A stretch of DNA of 64,000 nucleotides, taken from the sequence record MW749001.1; one strand, given 5' to 3'. The translations under genes and the position numbers were made by a program. This document shows, piece after piece, positions 32,888 to 44,125 of the stretch. The notes under the pieces are model-generated. The model searched no databases. It was given only the letters and a program-made list of their open reading frames with translations, and was not told where the DNA came from. Source of the DNA: Escherichia phage vB_EcoM_Kelasse. Position 1 is the first letter of the stretch. Every line of letters begins with the position of its first letter.

Positions 32888-33204
32888 AAGTCCTCAACTT
32901 GAAAATCGTCTTTAAACAATCGGTTAACTATATGAGCTATTATATCACCATGACACGGCTTTGGTTTACATGTGCATCCTAGCCTCATTCCACGTAAAGG
33001 CTCTAAATGTGCTTTAGTTATTTCTCCGGATTTAATTCGACGTATAAAATCTTTTTTGAATAATTCAATGGCAGCCTCCCGGCTGCCAGCATCTTTACCG
33101 ACGTAATTTCCCCAAAATGTACCGCGGTGAATATTAACATCAAAGTCGGATTTGTATTTATTCACTACCCGGCATAGACGGCCCACGCTGGAATAATTCG
33201 TCAT
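32878..33204 (-). CDS. nrdA.1: Hypothetical Cys/His-motif protein
   Basis: 108-aa ORF with [11 protein letters not shown] motif. Confidence 0.5.
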   Translation of the reverse strand: MTNYSSVGRLCRVVNKYKSDFDVNIHRGTFWGNYVGKDAGSREAAIELFKKDFIRRIKSGEITKAHLEPLRGMRLGCTCKPKPCHGDIIAHIVNRLFKDDFQVEDLCN

Positions 33205-33421
33205 ATTGTTTTTCCGTTAATACAGTAATATCATAGTAACAGTCAGAAGAAGTTTTAACTGTGGAAATTTTATTATCAAAATACTCACGAGTCATTTTAT
33301 GAGTATAGTATTTTTTACCATAAATGGTAATAGGCTGTTCTGGTCCTGGAACTTCTAACTCGCTTGGGTTAGGAAGTGTAAAAAGAACGGCACCAGAAGT
33401 ATCTTTAAATCGTAAAATCAT
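33158..33421 (-). CDS. nrdA.2: Hypothetical protein
   Basis: 87 aa from ATG with GAGGA Shine-Dalgarno; ORF track starts at TTG. Confidence 0.45.
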   Translation of the reverse strand: MILRFKDTSGAVLFTLPNPSELEVPGPEQPITIYGKKYYTHKMTREYFDNKISTVKTSSDCYYDITVLTEKQYDELFQRGPSMPGSE

Positions 33422-33441
33422 ATATCCTCGCAATAATAAAA

Positions 33442-34302
33442 TTACACCGCCATCTTTCCTTTAATAGGAGGGTGTGATTCATAGTTGTTAAGAACAAAAT
33501 TATGCGGCTTTGCGAATTGACTCAACCAAAATACCTGCGATTCTGTGTCCCATTCATCAAATTCATCTGGAAATTTTAATTGCAATTCGCATAAATCCAT
33601 AGGTTCACGACGCAAAATTTCTTTACATTGCTCTACGTGATTCATATAGATATGAGTATTACCACCAGAAAATATCAAATCTCCGGGAATAAGATTACAC
33701 ATCTTAGCTACAATATGCGTCAAGGCAGCGTACGAGGCAATGTTGAATGGCAAGCCCAAGAAAACATCTACACTTCTTTGGTACCACTGCAAATCCAAAT
33801 AGCCATTACGCACATTAAACTGATAGAACATATGACAAGGCGGTAATGCCATATATTTAAGTTCAGCTGGATTCCACGCAGAAACAATTTGACGCCTATC
33901 ATTCGGCAGTTTTTTAATACGATCAACAACTTCTATAATTTGGTCTACACCGCCAAAATCACGCCACTGTTTTCCATAAATTGGACCAAGTTCACCACTA
34001 TGGTATCCTAAATCTTTTGCCTGATTTTCGTAATTTTCATCCCAAACTGTTTTGCCTTGGATTAACGAATCGTGTTGAATTAATCGTAAATCATTGACAT
34101 TTGTGCTTCCCGATAAAAACCATATTAGCTCAGCAATACATGCATTCCAGGCGAGCTTCTTAGTTGTTACTGCAGGAAAACCTTTGGTTAAATCCCAACG
34201 CAATTTAGTACCGAACAAAGCAATTGTTCCTGTGCCTGTTCGGTCATCGGTTTCATAACCATTTTCAAAAATGTCTTTAATTAAATCTTGGTATTGTTTC
34301 AT
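33442..34302 (-). CDS. td: Thymidylate synthase; uninterrupted, no intron
   Basis: Contiguous 286-aa ORF; catalytic-Cys region PPCH. Confidence 0.9.
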   Translation of the reverse strand: MKQYQDLIKDIFENGYETDDRTGTGTIALFGTKLRWDLTKGFPAVTTKKLAWNACIAELIWFLSGSTNVNDLRLIQHDSLIQGKTVWDENYENQAKDLGYHSGELGPIYGKQWRDFGGVDQIIEVVDRIKKLPNDRRQIVSAWNPAELKYMALPPCHMFYQFNVRNGYLDLQWYQRSVDVFLGLPFNIASYAALTHIVAKMCNLIPGDLIFSGGNTHIYMNHVEQCKEILRREPMDLCELQLKFPDEFDEWDTESQVFWLSQFAKPHNFVLNNYESHPPIKGKMAV

Positions 34303-34346
34303 TTAGTACCTTATATAAATTATAATACATTTTATGAAGCTAATAA

Positions 34347-34694
34347 TTAATACGGTTTAGCATCAAATTTTCTCTCAATTTCAGGCGTGAAATATAATTC
34401 TTTACCGCGTTTGGAAAAACGACCAATAATATGATAATTATTCTCATCAAACGTGATATTACCAATATCCATAGCTTTCAACCAAATATCGATATTTCTA
34501 TCTAGTTTTATATCAAAATTCCAATACGGAGAACTATTACCAAAAATACTACAAGCGGATTCAGTGAAACAACTGCTATAAATCTTGTCTTTAGGAACTA
34601 CTAATTGATAGACGCCTTTAATAAACTGAGGACCCTGCCATTTTGGTTGTTTCGCGTCTTTTTCTAATAGAATAGGGTAATAATTAAAATTCAT
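34347..34694 (-). CDS. Hypothetical protein lying between frd and td
   Basis: 115 aa from ATG (119 from the upstream GTG); no recognisable motif. Confidence 0.5.
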   Translation of the reverse strand: MNFNYYPILLEKDAKQPKWQGPQFIKGVYQLVVPKDKIYSSCFTESACSIFGNSSPYWNFDIKLDRNIDIWLKAMDIGNITFDENNYHIIGRFSKRGKELYFTPEIERKFDAKPY

Positions 34695-34714
34695 ATTTTC
34701 CGCCACGTGTTATT

Positions 34715-35541
<827 letters not shown>

Positions 35542-35552
35542 ATTATCTCCTA

Positions 35553-35885
35553 TTAAAAAGGATCAGGAATATATCCGCTAGCTTTAATCATTTTAATTAA
35601 CGTTAGCATTCCTTTATTAACCGCTAGTGAGATTTCATCAAAAACTTCATCACTAAAAAGTTCTAACACACCCTTCTGAACTTTTAATTTACAGCCAACA
35701 ATTTCGTCATCGCCTATAGTAAATTCATTACCACCAATTCCTCCGAAAAACTTAATTACACCAGTTAACTGTCTTCCACGAGAATATGGGTCGTGTGATA
35801 AAGTAATATGAGTCACCCCGGGTACAGTTTTAAATTGGCAGCGAATATTTACTTGAGCAATTCCAGTTACATGAATGTCAGACAT
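35553..35885 (-). CDS. Hypothetical protein
   Basis: 110-aa ORF. Confidence 0.45.
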   Translation of the reverse strand: MSDIHVTGIAQVNIRCQFKTVPGVTHITLSHDPYSRGRQLTGVIKFFGGIGGNEFTIGDDEIVGCKLKVQKGVLELFSDEVFDEISLAVNKGMLTLIKMIKASGYIPDPF

Positions 35886-35895
35886 AATATTTTCC

Positions 35896-36138
35896 TCAAA
35901 CAGACTTTTTCACAATTTTCCAATCAGCTTTAAACTGCTCGACGTCAGAATGGTAAATCCAAAATCCTGCGCTTTCTCCGTCTTCATAAAGAGGACATCC
36001 ATCGCATTCATCTTCCCATCCCATATCACGTAAAAGATGTTCAGCTTTTTCAACAAGTTCAGAATCTTTACCGATGATATTAAAATACCATTTACCTCTA
36101 ACTTCCGAATCTTTGATGCTCTGACGTTGTAATCTCAT
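35896..36138 (-). CDS. Hypothetical protein
   Basis: 80-aa ORF downstream of an early promoter. Confidence 0.45.
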   Translation of the reverse strand: MRLQRQSIKDSEVRGKWYFNIIGKDSELVEKAEHLLRDMGWEDECDGCPLYEDGESAGFWIYHSDVEQFKADWKIVKKSV

Positions 36139-36166
36139 TTTATTCTCCTCAGTAGTTGATAGGGTA

Positions 36167-36196
36167 ATAGTATCACACTACTACCCTGATGTAAAC
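36167..36196 (-). promoter_or_regulatory. Early promoter (GTTTACA, 17 bp, TACTAT)
   Basis: -35 at 36196..36190, -10 at 36172..36167. Confidence 0.45.
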
Positions 36197-36561
36197 TACT
36201 TTTTGAAAGTTTTTCGCAAAAGTTCAATGATTTCATCTACATTATTTTCGTCTACAATGCAGTGAATTTTTGTTACGCCAGAAACCTTGTCTTCGACTTC
36301 ATCTTCTTCAGAAGTCGGTTCTTTATACTCACGAAAACAATGAAATTCGTCTTCACAAACGTTAAAGTAAAAATGCTTTCCATTTGCGCATTCAATGTGT
36401 TTTATTACTCTAAATCCATCAACAAAGAAAGCTTCTTTAACTTCAAACCATCTACCATTTTCTTGAATAATTTTAACTATTGATGAATTAGAACGCGGGC
36501 GATAATTAATAAATGTATCAATAAGTCTTGGAACAAGCTCATACTTTTTGCCAATATACAT
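36196..36561 (-). CDS. Hypothetical protein
   Basis: 121-aa ORF. Confidence 0.45.
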   Translation of the reverse strand: MYIGKKYELVPRLIDTFINYRPRSNSSIVKIIQENGRWFEVKEAFFVDGFRVIKHIECANGKHFYFNVCEDEFHCFREYKEPTSEEDEVEDKVSGVTKIHCIVDENNVDEIIELLRKTFKK

Positions 36562-36605
36562 TACATTTTCCTCATTTTAACGGGGCTGTAATAGCCCCTT
36601 GATAA

Positions 36606-36836
36606 TTATTGTTCAATCAATCCCATGTAAAATTCTGTGTCTTCAGAATCCATGCCATCACAATATTCATTAGCCATAAAGCGGGTGAGGTCTTCAAGAG
36701 GACCTTCAATGACAATAGAAAAATTGCAATAATTGGGATCATCGTGAATACTTGTGATACTAAGTTCAGGATAACGATTACGAATAATTTCTTCGATATA
36801 TTCAAAATCAACGATGTCAATATCAACTTTAGCCAT
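36606..36836 (-). CDS. Hypothetical acidic protein
   Basis: 76 aa from internal ATG (MAKVDIDIV...) with AAAGAGGAAA Shine-Dalgarno; the longer ORF-track form runs through the promoter and terminator. Confidence 0.5.
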   Translation of the reverse strand: MAKVDIDIVDFEYIEEIIRNRYPELSITSIHDDPNYCNFSIVIEGPLEDLTRFMANEYCDGMDSEDTEFYMGLIEQ

Positions 36837-36879
36837 ATTATTTTCCTCTTTAATCATCAGCAGTATTGCCGATAGTTGT

Positions 36880-36909
36880 ATAGTACCATGGAAGAACAGG
36901 GATGTAAAC
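36880..36909 (-). promoter_or_regulatory. Early promoter directly downstream of the gene 32 terminator
   Basis: -35 GTTTACA at 36909..36903, -10 TACTAT at 36885..36880. Confidence 0.5.
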
Positions 36910-36941
36910 AGTTTTGTGAAAAAATTTTTGAAATAAAAAAA

Positions 36942-36960
36942 GGGGACCCTAGAGGTCCCC
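36942..36960 (-). terminator. Gene 32 rho-independent terminator
   Basis: ggggaccctagaggtcccc followed on the minus strand by UUUUUUUAUUU. Confidence 0.65.
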
Positions 36961-36982
36961 AATTAATTAGTAATATAATCTA

Positions 36983-37891
36983 TTAAAGGTCATTCAAAAG
37001 GTCATCCAGGTCCGTGTCATCAGCACTAGATGAACTGCCAGAGCTTGAGCTCATAAAATCATCTTCAGTTTTTGTATTGAAGTCATCAACATTGAATGCA
37101 TCCAAATCATCAGCAACTTTATCAGCTTTCTTAGCAGCAGTTGCAGCAGCACCGCCCATCACAGCAGTTCCCATAACTTGACCGAATTTAGTGCTCAGTT
37201 CTTCAAACGATTTGAATTTATCTTTAGAAGTCATTTCAGAAAGGTCAACCATTTGTTCGAACAGTTCTTTCTGGAAAGATTCATCGTCAATGTTTGGAAT
37301 CGCAGATTGATTCAGGAATTTAGATTCGTCGTAGTTACTAAATCCAGAAACCTGTTTAACTTTCAGTACAAAGTTAGCACCTTCCCACGGACAAGTTACA
37401 TCAACCGGTGTTTCACCCATTTCAACATCAACCGCAATCATCGCGTTGATTTTATCCCAGATTTTCTTACCGAAACGGTATTTAAATACTTTACCTTCAT
37501 TTTCTGGAGCAGCTGGGTCTTTTACAACAAGAATATTAGCCCAGTAAGAAGTTTTACGTTTAACAAGACCGTACTCTTTATTGTCAGTGTTGTACAGATC
37601 ATTTTTACTGATGTATTGACATACTGGGCAAGAATCGTAATCACCGTGGGTAGATGAACAATTTTCGATATACCATTTACCGTTTTTCTTGAAACCGTGA
37701 TTTACAAGAATTGCGAACGGTGCTTGTTCATCATTTTTAGACGGAAGAAAACGAATTACTGCTTGACCGTTACCCGCATTGTCGAGTTTCAGTTTCCACT
37801 CGCCTTTATCTTCAGAAGAAAAACCACCTTTATTTCCAGCCAGTTTAGCCATTTGTGCAGCGAGTTCAGCAGTAGATTTACGTTTAAACAT
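36983..37891 (-). CDS. 32: gp32 single-stranded DNA-binding protein
   Basis: 302-aa ORF matching remembered T4 gp32; zinc ligands; acidic Ser/Asp-rich C-terminus. Confidence 0.92.
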   Translation of the reverse strand: MFKRKSTAELAAQMAKLAGNKGGFSSEDKGEWKLKLDNAGNGQAVIRFLPSKNDEQAPFAILVNHGFKKNGKWYIENCSSTHGDYDSCPVCQYISKNDLYNTDNKEYGLVKRKTSYWANILVVKDPAAPENEGKVFKYRFGKKIWDKINAMIAVDVEMGETPVDVTCPWEGANFVLKVKQVSGFSNYDESKFLNQSAIPNIDDESFQKELFEQMVDLSEMTSKDKFKSFEELSTKFGQVMGTAVMGGAAATAAKKADKVADDLDAFNVDDFNTKTEDDFMSSSSGSSSSADDTDLDDLLNDL

Positions 37892-37922
37892 TTTTATTTC
37901 CTTTTAATTTAATTAACAGTTG

Positions 37923-37957
37923 GTGCTATGACGATGTATGACCTCATAGCTGGTCAG
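37923..37957 (-). promoter_or_regulatory. Gene 32 mRNA leader pseudoknot (autoregulatory translational operator)
   Basis: Minus-strand leader reads UGACCAGCUAUGAGGUCAUACAUCGUCAUAGCAC, matching the remembered T-even gene 32 pseudoknot, followed by an AU-rich tract to the ATG. Confidence 0.7.
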
Positions 37958-37989
37958 TGAGATAATTATAATCTATTTATAATAAGCAA

Positions 37990-38643
37990 TTAATACTTAC
38001 AAGATTTCACAGTTTCAATGAAAACATTTTTAGCTTTCTGTGAATCAATATTTAAAATTTTTCTATAAGCCTTTAACTTTATAGAATAATTATTCCAGAC
38101 TAAATTATCAGTCTGTTCATCATGTTTATCAATTATATTTAAAAATGAATCAAGCAAGATAAACGTCTCAAACGAAATTATGTTCGATTGCAGAAGTTTA
38201 AAAATATAACTTGACTGAACCTTTGGATTATATTCAAAGATTTCTTTAAAAGCAGAAACTTCAACTTTTTTACTAAAATAATAAATGTTGCGAATATCTT
38301 CTTCAAACTTAAATTTAATTTGCTTTAAGCGTCCGATATATTCACGATAAAACACAAGTGCATCAGCGTCAGAGATGTCACCAATCCAAGCATCTTGGTT
38401 AGCTACAAGATTGCTAATAAAAATTAAAGTCAATTCTTTTAATTTATACTTTTCTGATAGCTTTTGGAAAAAATACTTATCCCTTCGCTTTTGATAAGCG
38501 GCATCAGACACCCGCATGCACCAATTATACTTAATAACATCATACTTTCCATTCATATGTTGTTTTATCATTAAGTATAATTTATAAACTGATTTACCAT
38601 CAATATATCTTTCACCACCAGCAGGCATGCGGAGTTTAATCAT
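37990..38643 (-). CDS. 59: gp59 helicase loader
   Basis: 217-aa ORF directly after gene 32, with no ORF between them. Confidence 0.8.
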   Translation of the reverse strand: MIKLRMPAGGERYIDGKSVYKLYLMIKQHMNGKYDVIKYNWCMRVSDAAYQKRRDKYFFQKLSEKYKLKELTLIFISNLVANQDAWIGDISDADALVFYREYIGRLKQIKFKFEEDIRNIYYFSKKVEVSAFKEIFEYNPKVQSSYIFKLLQSNIISFETFILLDSFLNIIDKHDEQTDNLVWNNYSIKLKAYRKILNIDSQKAKNVFIETVKSCKY

Positions 38644-38978
38644 AGCAGAAAATCTAATGTATTAGTTTTTTCACAACGAACAACAGAAGGACGTAAAAGA
38701 TTTTCGTCAATGGCTTCTGACTGAATTTTTTCAATTATACCCGAAGGAATAAATTTAGCAAATTGAGTTTCAGGAATAGAATTTTCTTCCAAGAATGCTG
38801 TTGTAGCTTCAAGATAACTCATTCCAAACTCTTCTACCATTTTTTCAATAATAAATCCATTTTCTTGACGATCAAGAAGCTTTGCTATTTCATCCTTTTC
38901 TTTCTTAATTGAAAGTTCTTTTTCTGAAAGACCGGTCTCATCGACCGGACGAATATCATTTAGAGAAAACTGTGTCAT
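38640..38978 (-). CDS. 33: gp33 late-transcription accessory protein
   Basis: 112 aa from ATG (MTQFSLNDI...); ORF track starts at TTG. Confidence 0.8.
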   Translation of the reverse strand: MTQFSLNDIRPVDETGLSEKELSIKKEKDEIAKLLDRQENGFIIEKMVEEFGMSYLEATTAFLEENSIPETQFAKFIPSGIIEKIQSEAIDENLLRPSVVRCEKTNTLDFLL

Positions 38979-39225
38979 AAAGTTCAACTACCTCTTCAGT
39001 TTCAGCTTCAAACACATCACGGTTATCTTTATGATACAAAGCTAATAGACGATTAAACATCTTACCATCAACGCCAAGTTCATCTTTAGCACGAATTCGA
39101 ATATCTTTAATCAGTTCATTATAACCGGAAATTTTCAGTTTATGATCAGATGCTTCTTTAATAAATTTAGCCAAATCTTCGCCGTGGATAGCTTCATCAA
39201 ATTCAACCATTTCTTTTTTAGCCAT
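38956..39225 (-). CDS. dsbA: DsbA double-stranded DNA-binding protein (phage dsbA)
   Basis: 89-aa ORF, synteny. Confidence 0.75.
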   Translation of the reverse strand: MAKKEMVEFDEAIHGEDLAKFIKEASDHKLKISGYNELIKDIRIRAKDELGVDGKMFNRLLALYHKDNRDVFEAETEEVVELYDTVFSK

Positions 39226-39233
39226 TATTCACC

Positions 39234-40151
39234 TCAAAATTCATTAATGCTATTAGTTAATTTAGAAAGACCCGCTTTTACAAAATATGAATAAATTTTG
39301 CCACGCGGTGGTAATTTATATGAATTATAGTAATTCACAATGTTTGAAGCAATATTATCAGGAATATAATCAAAATCAATTAGAACTAAATTTTCTTTAT
39401 AACGATTATATTCAGATTCTGTGAGAAGCACCTTAGCTTGCTCACGGTCATTAGCAATAGCTTCAACGATTGAAGTTTTCATTGAAGGAGTTCGTTCACC
39501 TTCAACTCTGGTAAACCAAAAGTCAGATCGTACTTTAACTGAAGCAACGTTATCCTTTTTGTCGCCTTTAAGGATTTTAGTCATACAGTCAATTTCAGCA
39601 GAACCGCTTTTAATTTTAACCCATTTCTTGTGCATCGGTGACCATTGCTTAACATTTGGATATTTGTGAAGCTGTGTAAAGTCACCATCCGATGAAATGA
39701 TTAAAATCTTGTGTCCTTCTAAAGAGAACTTTTTAACAAGAACAGCAATGTGGTCATCTGCTTCATACTTATCAATATCCATAACAATGTATGGCATATA
39801 AGCTTTCAATTCATCTATAACTTTATGGCTGGATTCAAAATAACCTTCCCAGTCCCAAGTAGATTCTTCTCGTGCTTTTCCACGGTTTTTCTTATAATAA
39901 TACGCGAAATCACGACGCCAGTATCCAGATTTCGCGTTATCAATACACAATACAATTTTAGTGTATCCAAGAGTTTTTGCTTTTTTGACATTAAACTTAA
40001 TTGAGTTCAATATCAAATGACGAACCATTGATAAATTAATTTTTTCTTTATCTGGGAAGTTTACTAAAGCAGTTGAAAGCGCAATTTGACTAAAGTCAAT
40101 AAAGCAAATTCCTTCTTTGTAATCTTCATCCAACATCATTTCTAAATCCAT
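39234..40151 (-). CDS. rnh: RNase H (5'-3' exonuclease / flap endonuclease)
   Basis: 305 aa from ATG (MDLEMMLDEDY...); ORF track starts at TTG. Confidence 0.85.
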   Translation of the reverse strand: MDLEMMLDEDYKEGICFIDFSQIALSTALVNFPDKEKINLSMVRHLILNSIKFNVKKAKTLGYTKIVLCIDNAKSGYWRRDFAYYYKKNRGKAREESTWDWEGYFESSHKVIDELKAYMPYIVMDIDKYEADDHIAVLVKKFSLEGHKILIISSDGDFTQLHKYPNVKQWSPMHKKWVKIKSGSAEIDCMTKILKGDKKDNVASVKVRSDFWFTRVEGERTPSMKTSIVEAIANDREQAKVLLTESEYNRYKENLVLIDFDYIPDNIASNIVNYYNSYKLPPRGKIYSYFVKAGLSKLTNSINEF

Positions 40152-40213
40152 ATGAACCTCGTTCAATTAGTGAGATTTCTATTATATACCATCCAAATCT
40201 TAAAGTAAACAAG

Positions 40214-40221
40214 TATAAATA
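40214..40221 (+). promoter_or_regulatory. Late promoter TATAAATA for gene 34
   Basis: Exact TATAAATA about 35 bp upstream of the ATG. Confidence 0.55.
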
Positions 40222-40255
40222 CTTATTATTGAAAACACAATAGGAGCCCGGGAGA

Positions 40256-43200
40256 ATGGCCGAGATTAAAAGAAAGTTCAGAGCAGAAGATGGTCTGGAC
40301 GCAGGTGGTGATAAAATAATCAACGTAGCTTTAGCTGATCGTGCCGTAGGAACTGACGGTGTTAACGTTGATTACTTAATTCAAGAAAACACAGTTCAAC
40401 AATACGATCCAACTCGTGGATATTTAAAAGATTTTGTAATCATTTATGATAACCGCTTTTGGGCTGCTATAAATGATATTCCAAAACCGGCAGGAGCTTT
40501 TAATAGCGGACGCTGGAGAGCATTACGTACCGATGCTAACTGGATTACGGTTTCATCTGGTTCATATCAATTAAAATCTGGTGAAGCTATTTCGGTTAAC
40601 ACCGCAGCTGGTAATGATATTACATTTACTTTACCATCTACCCCAATTGATGGTGATACTATCGTTCTCCAAGATATTGGAGGAAAACCCGGAGTTAACC
40701 AAGTTTTAATTGTAGCTCCAGTGCAAAGTATTGTAAACTTTAGAGGTGAACAAGTACGTTCAGTACTAATGACTCATCCAAAGTCACAGCTAGTTTTAAT
40801 TTTTAGTAATCGTCTGTGGCAAATGTATGTAGCTGATTATAGTAGAGAAGCGGTAATTGTAACACCAGCAAGTCTCTATCAGGCGCAATCTAATGATTTT
40901 ATCGTACGTAGATTTACTTCTGCTGCACCGATAAATATTAAACTTCCAAGATTTGCTAATCACGGCGATATTATTAATTTCGTCGATTTGGATAAATTAA
41001 ACCCTCTTTATCATACAATTGTTACGACATACGATGAAACGACATCAGTACAAGAAGATGGAACTCATTCCATTGAAGGCCGTACATCGATTGATGGCTT
41101 TTTAATGTATGATGATAACGAAAAATTATGGAGACTGTTTGACGGGGACAGTAAAGCACGTTTACGTATCATAACGACTAATTCAAACATTCGTCCAAAC
41201 GAAGAAGTTATGGTATTTGGTGCGAATAACGGAACAATTCAAACAATTGAGCTTCAGCTTCCAACTAATATTTCTGTTGGTGATACTGTTAAAATTTCCA
41301 TGAATTACATGAGAAAAGGACAAACAGTTAAAATCAAAGCTGCCGGTGAAGATAAAATTGCTTCTTCAGTTCAATTGCTGCAATTCCCAAAACGTTCAGA
41401 GTATCCGCCTGAAGCTGAGTGGGTTACAGTTCAAGAATTAGTTTTTAACGGTGAAACTAATTATGTTCCAGTTTTACAACTTGCTTATATAGAAGATTCT
41501 GATGGAAAATACTGGGTTGTGCAACAAAATGTTCCAACCGTAGAAAGAGTAGACTCTTTAAATGATTCTACTAGAGCGAGATTAGGCGTAATAGCTTTAG
41601 CTACACAAGCTCAAGCTAATGTCGATTTAGAAAATTCTCCACAAAAAGAATTAGCAATTACTCCAGAAACATTAGCTAACCGTACTGCTACTGAAACTCG
41701 TAGAGGTATCGCAAGAATAGCAACTACTGCTCAAGTGAATCAGAACACCACATTCTCTTTTGCTGATGACCTTATCATCACTCCTAAAAAGCTGAATGAA
41801 AGAACTGCTACAGAAACTCGCAGAGGTGTCGCAGAAATTGCTACACAACAGGAAACTAATACAGGTACTGATGATACAACCATCATTACTCCTAAAAAGC
41901 TTCAAGCTCGTCAAGGTTCTGAATCATTATCTGGTATTGTAACTTTTGTATCTACTGCAGGTGCTACTCCAGCTTCTAGCCGTGAATTAAATGGTACGAA
42001 TGTTTATAATAAAAACACTAATAATTTAGTTGTTTCGCCAAAAGCTTTGGATCAGTATAAAGCTACTCCAACGCAGCAAGGTGCAGTAATTTTAGCAGTT
42101 GAAAGTGAAGTAATTGCTGGACAAAGCCAAGAAGGATGGGCAAATGCGGTTGTAACGCCAGAAACGTTACATAAAAAGACATCAACTGATGGAAGAATTG
42201 GTTTAATTGAAATTGCTACGCAAAGTGAAGTTAATACAGGAACTGATTATACTCGTGCAGTCACTCCTAAAACTTTAAATGACCGTAGAGCAACTGAAAG
42301 TTTAAGTGGTATAGCTGAAATTGCTACACAAGTTGAATTCGACGCAGGCGTCGACGATACTCGTATCTCTACACCATTAAAAATTAAAACCAGATTTAAT
42401 AGTACTGATCGTACTTCTGTTGTTGCTCTATCTGGATTAGTTGAATCAGGAACTCTCTGGGACCATTATACCCTTAATATTCTTGAAGCAAATGAGACGC
42501 AACGTGGTACACTTCGTGTAGCTACACAGGTCGAAGCTGCTGCAGGAACATTAGATAATGTTTTAATAACTCCTAAAAAACTTTTAGGTACTAAATCTAC
42601 TGAAGCACAGGAAGGTGTTATTAAAGTTGCAACCCAGTCTGAAACTGTGACTGGAACGTCAGCAAATACTGCTGTATCTCCAAAAAATTTAAAATGGATT
42701 GTACAGAGTGAACCTACTTGGGCAGCTACTACTGCGATAAGAGGCTTTGTTAAAACTTCATCTGGTTCAATTACATTCGTTGGTAATGATACAGTCGGTT
42801 CTACCCAAGATTTAGAACTGTATGAGAAAAATAGCTATGCAGTATCACCATATGAATTAAACCGTGTATTAGCAAATTATTTACCGTTAAAAGCAAAAGC
42901 TGCTGATACAAATTTATTGGATGGTCTAGATTCATCTCAATTCATTCGTAGGGATATTGCACAGACAGTTAATGGTTCACTAACCTTAACTCAACAAACG
43001 AATCTGAGTGCCCCTCTTGTATCATCTAGTACTGCTACGTTTGGTGGTTCAGTTTCGGCAAATAGTACATTAACTATTTCTAATACTGGAACAGCAACTC
43101 GTCTGATTTTTGAAAAAGGACCTCAAACTGGAACTAACCCAGCACAGACGATGACTATCAGAGTATGGGGAAATCAGTTTGGTGGCGGATCAGATACAAC

Positions 43201-44125
43201 ACGTTCTACTGTATTTGAAGTTGGTGATGAAACGTCTAATCACTTTTATTCTCAACGTAATAAAGCTGGGAATATAACGTTTAGTATCAATGGTACTGTA
43301 ATGCCAATAAATGTTAATGCTTCGGGTTCTTTGAATGCGAATGGCGTAGCAACATTTGGTAGTTCAGTTACAGCCAATGGTGAATTCATTAGCAAGTCTG
43401 CAAATGCTTTCAGAGCAATAAACGGTGATTATGGATTCTTTATCAGGAATGATGGCGGCAGCACATATTTTATGCTCACTGCATCCGGTGATCAGACTGG
43501 CGGATTTAATGGATTACGTCCATTATCAATTAATAATCAATCCGGTCAAGTCACAATTGGTGAAAGCTTAATCATTGCCAAAGGTGCTACTATAAATTCA
43601 GGCGGTTTAACTGTTAACTCGAGAATTCGTTCTCAGGGTACTAAAACATCTGATTTATATACCCGTGCGCCAACATCTGATACTGTAGGATTCTGGTCAA
43701 TTGATATTAATGATTCAGCTACTTATAACCAGTTCCCGGGTTATTTTAAAATGGTTGAAAAAACTAATGAAGTGACTGGACTTCCGTACTTAGAACGTGG
43801 CGAAGAAGTTAAATCTCCTGGTACACTGACACAGTTTGGTAACACACTTGATTCGCTTTACCAAGATTGGATTACTTATCCAACGACACCAGAAGCGCGT
43901 ACCACTCGCTGGACACGTACATGGCAGAAAACCAAAAACTCTTGGTCGAGTTTTGTTCAGGTATTTGATGGAGGTAACCCTCCTCAACCATCTGATATCG
44001 GTGCTTTACCATCTGATAATGCTACAATGGGGAATCTTACTATTCGTGATTTCTTACGAATTGGTAATGTTCGCATTATTCCTGACCCAGTGAATAAAAC
44101 TGTTAAATTTGAATGGGTTGAATAA
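40256..44125 (+). CDS. 34: gp34 long tail fibre proximal subunit
   Basis: 1289-aa ORF; internal repeats; synteny 34-35-36-37-38. Confidence 0.9.
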   Translation: MAEIKRKFRAEDGLDAGGDKIINVALADRAVGTDGVNVDYLIQENTVQQYDPTRGYLKDFVIIYDNRFWAAINDIPKPAGAFNSGRWRALRTDANWITVSSGSYQLKSGEAISVNTAAGNDITFTLPSTPIDGDTIVLQDIGGKPGVNQVLIVAPVQSIVNFRGEQVRSVLMTHPKSQLVLIFSNRLWQMYVADYSREAVIVTPASLYQAQSNDFIVRRFTSAAPINIKLPRFANHGDIINFVDLDKLNPLYHTIVTTYDETTSVQEDGTHSIEGRTSIDGFLMYDDNEKLWRLFDGDSKARLRIITTNSNIRPNEEVMVFGANNGTIQTIELQLPTNISVGDTVKISMNYMRKGQTVKIKAAGEDKIASSVQLLQFPKRSEYPPEAEWVTVQELVFNGETNYVPVLQLAYIEDSDGKYWVVQQNVPTVERVDSLNDSTRARLGVIALATQAQANVDLENSPQKELAITPETLANRTATETRRGIARIATTAQVNQNTTFSFADDLIITPKKLNERTATETRRGVAEIATQQETNTGTDDTTIITPKKLQARQGSESLSGIVTFVSTAGATPASSRELNGTNVYNKNTNNLVVSPKALDQYKATPTQQGAVILAVESEVIAGQSQEGWANAVVTPETLHKKTSTDGRIGLIEIATQSEVNTGTDYTRAVTPKTLNDRRATESLSGIAEIATQVEFDAGVDDTRISTPLKIKTRFNSTDRTSVVALSGLVESGTLWDHYTLNILEANETQRGTLRVATQVEAAAGTLDNVLITPKKLLGTKSTEAQEGVIKVATQSETVTGTSANTAVSPKNLKWIVQSEPTWAATTAIRGFVKTSSGSITFVGNDTVGSTQDLELYEKNSYAVSPYELNRVLANYLPLKAKAADTNLLDGLDSSQFIRRDIAQTVNGSLTLTQQTNLSAPLVSSSTATFGGSVSANSTLTISNTGTATRLIFEKGPQTGTNPAQTMTIRVWGNQFGGGSDTTRSTVFEVGDETSNHFYSQRNKAGNITFSINGTVMPINVNASGSLNANGVATFGSSVTANGEFISKSANAFRAINGDYGFFIRNDGGSTYFMLTASGDQTGGFNGLRPLSINNQSGQVTIGESLIIAKGATINSGGLTVNSRIRSQGTKTSDLYTRAPTSDTVGFWSIDINDSATYNQFPGYFKMVEKTNEVTGLPYLERGEEVKSPGTLTQFGNTLDSLYQDWITYPTTPEARTTRWTRTWQKTKNSWSSFVQVFDGGNPPQPSDIGALPSDNATMGNLTIRDFLRIGNVRIIPDPVNKTVKFEWVE

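Noticed and set aside
33442-34302. Searched for a group I intron with homing endonuclease in td (and in nrdB at 29393..30571)
   Set aside because: Both genes are single uninterrupted ORFs of the expected lengths.
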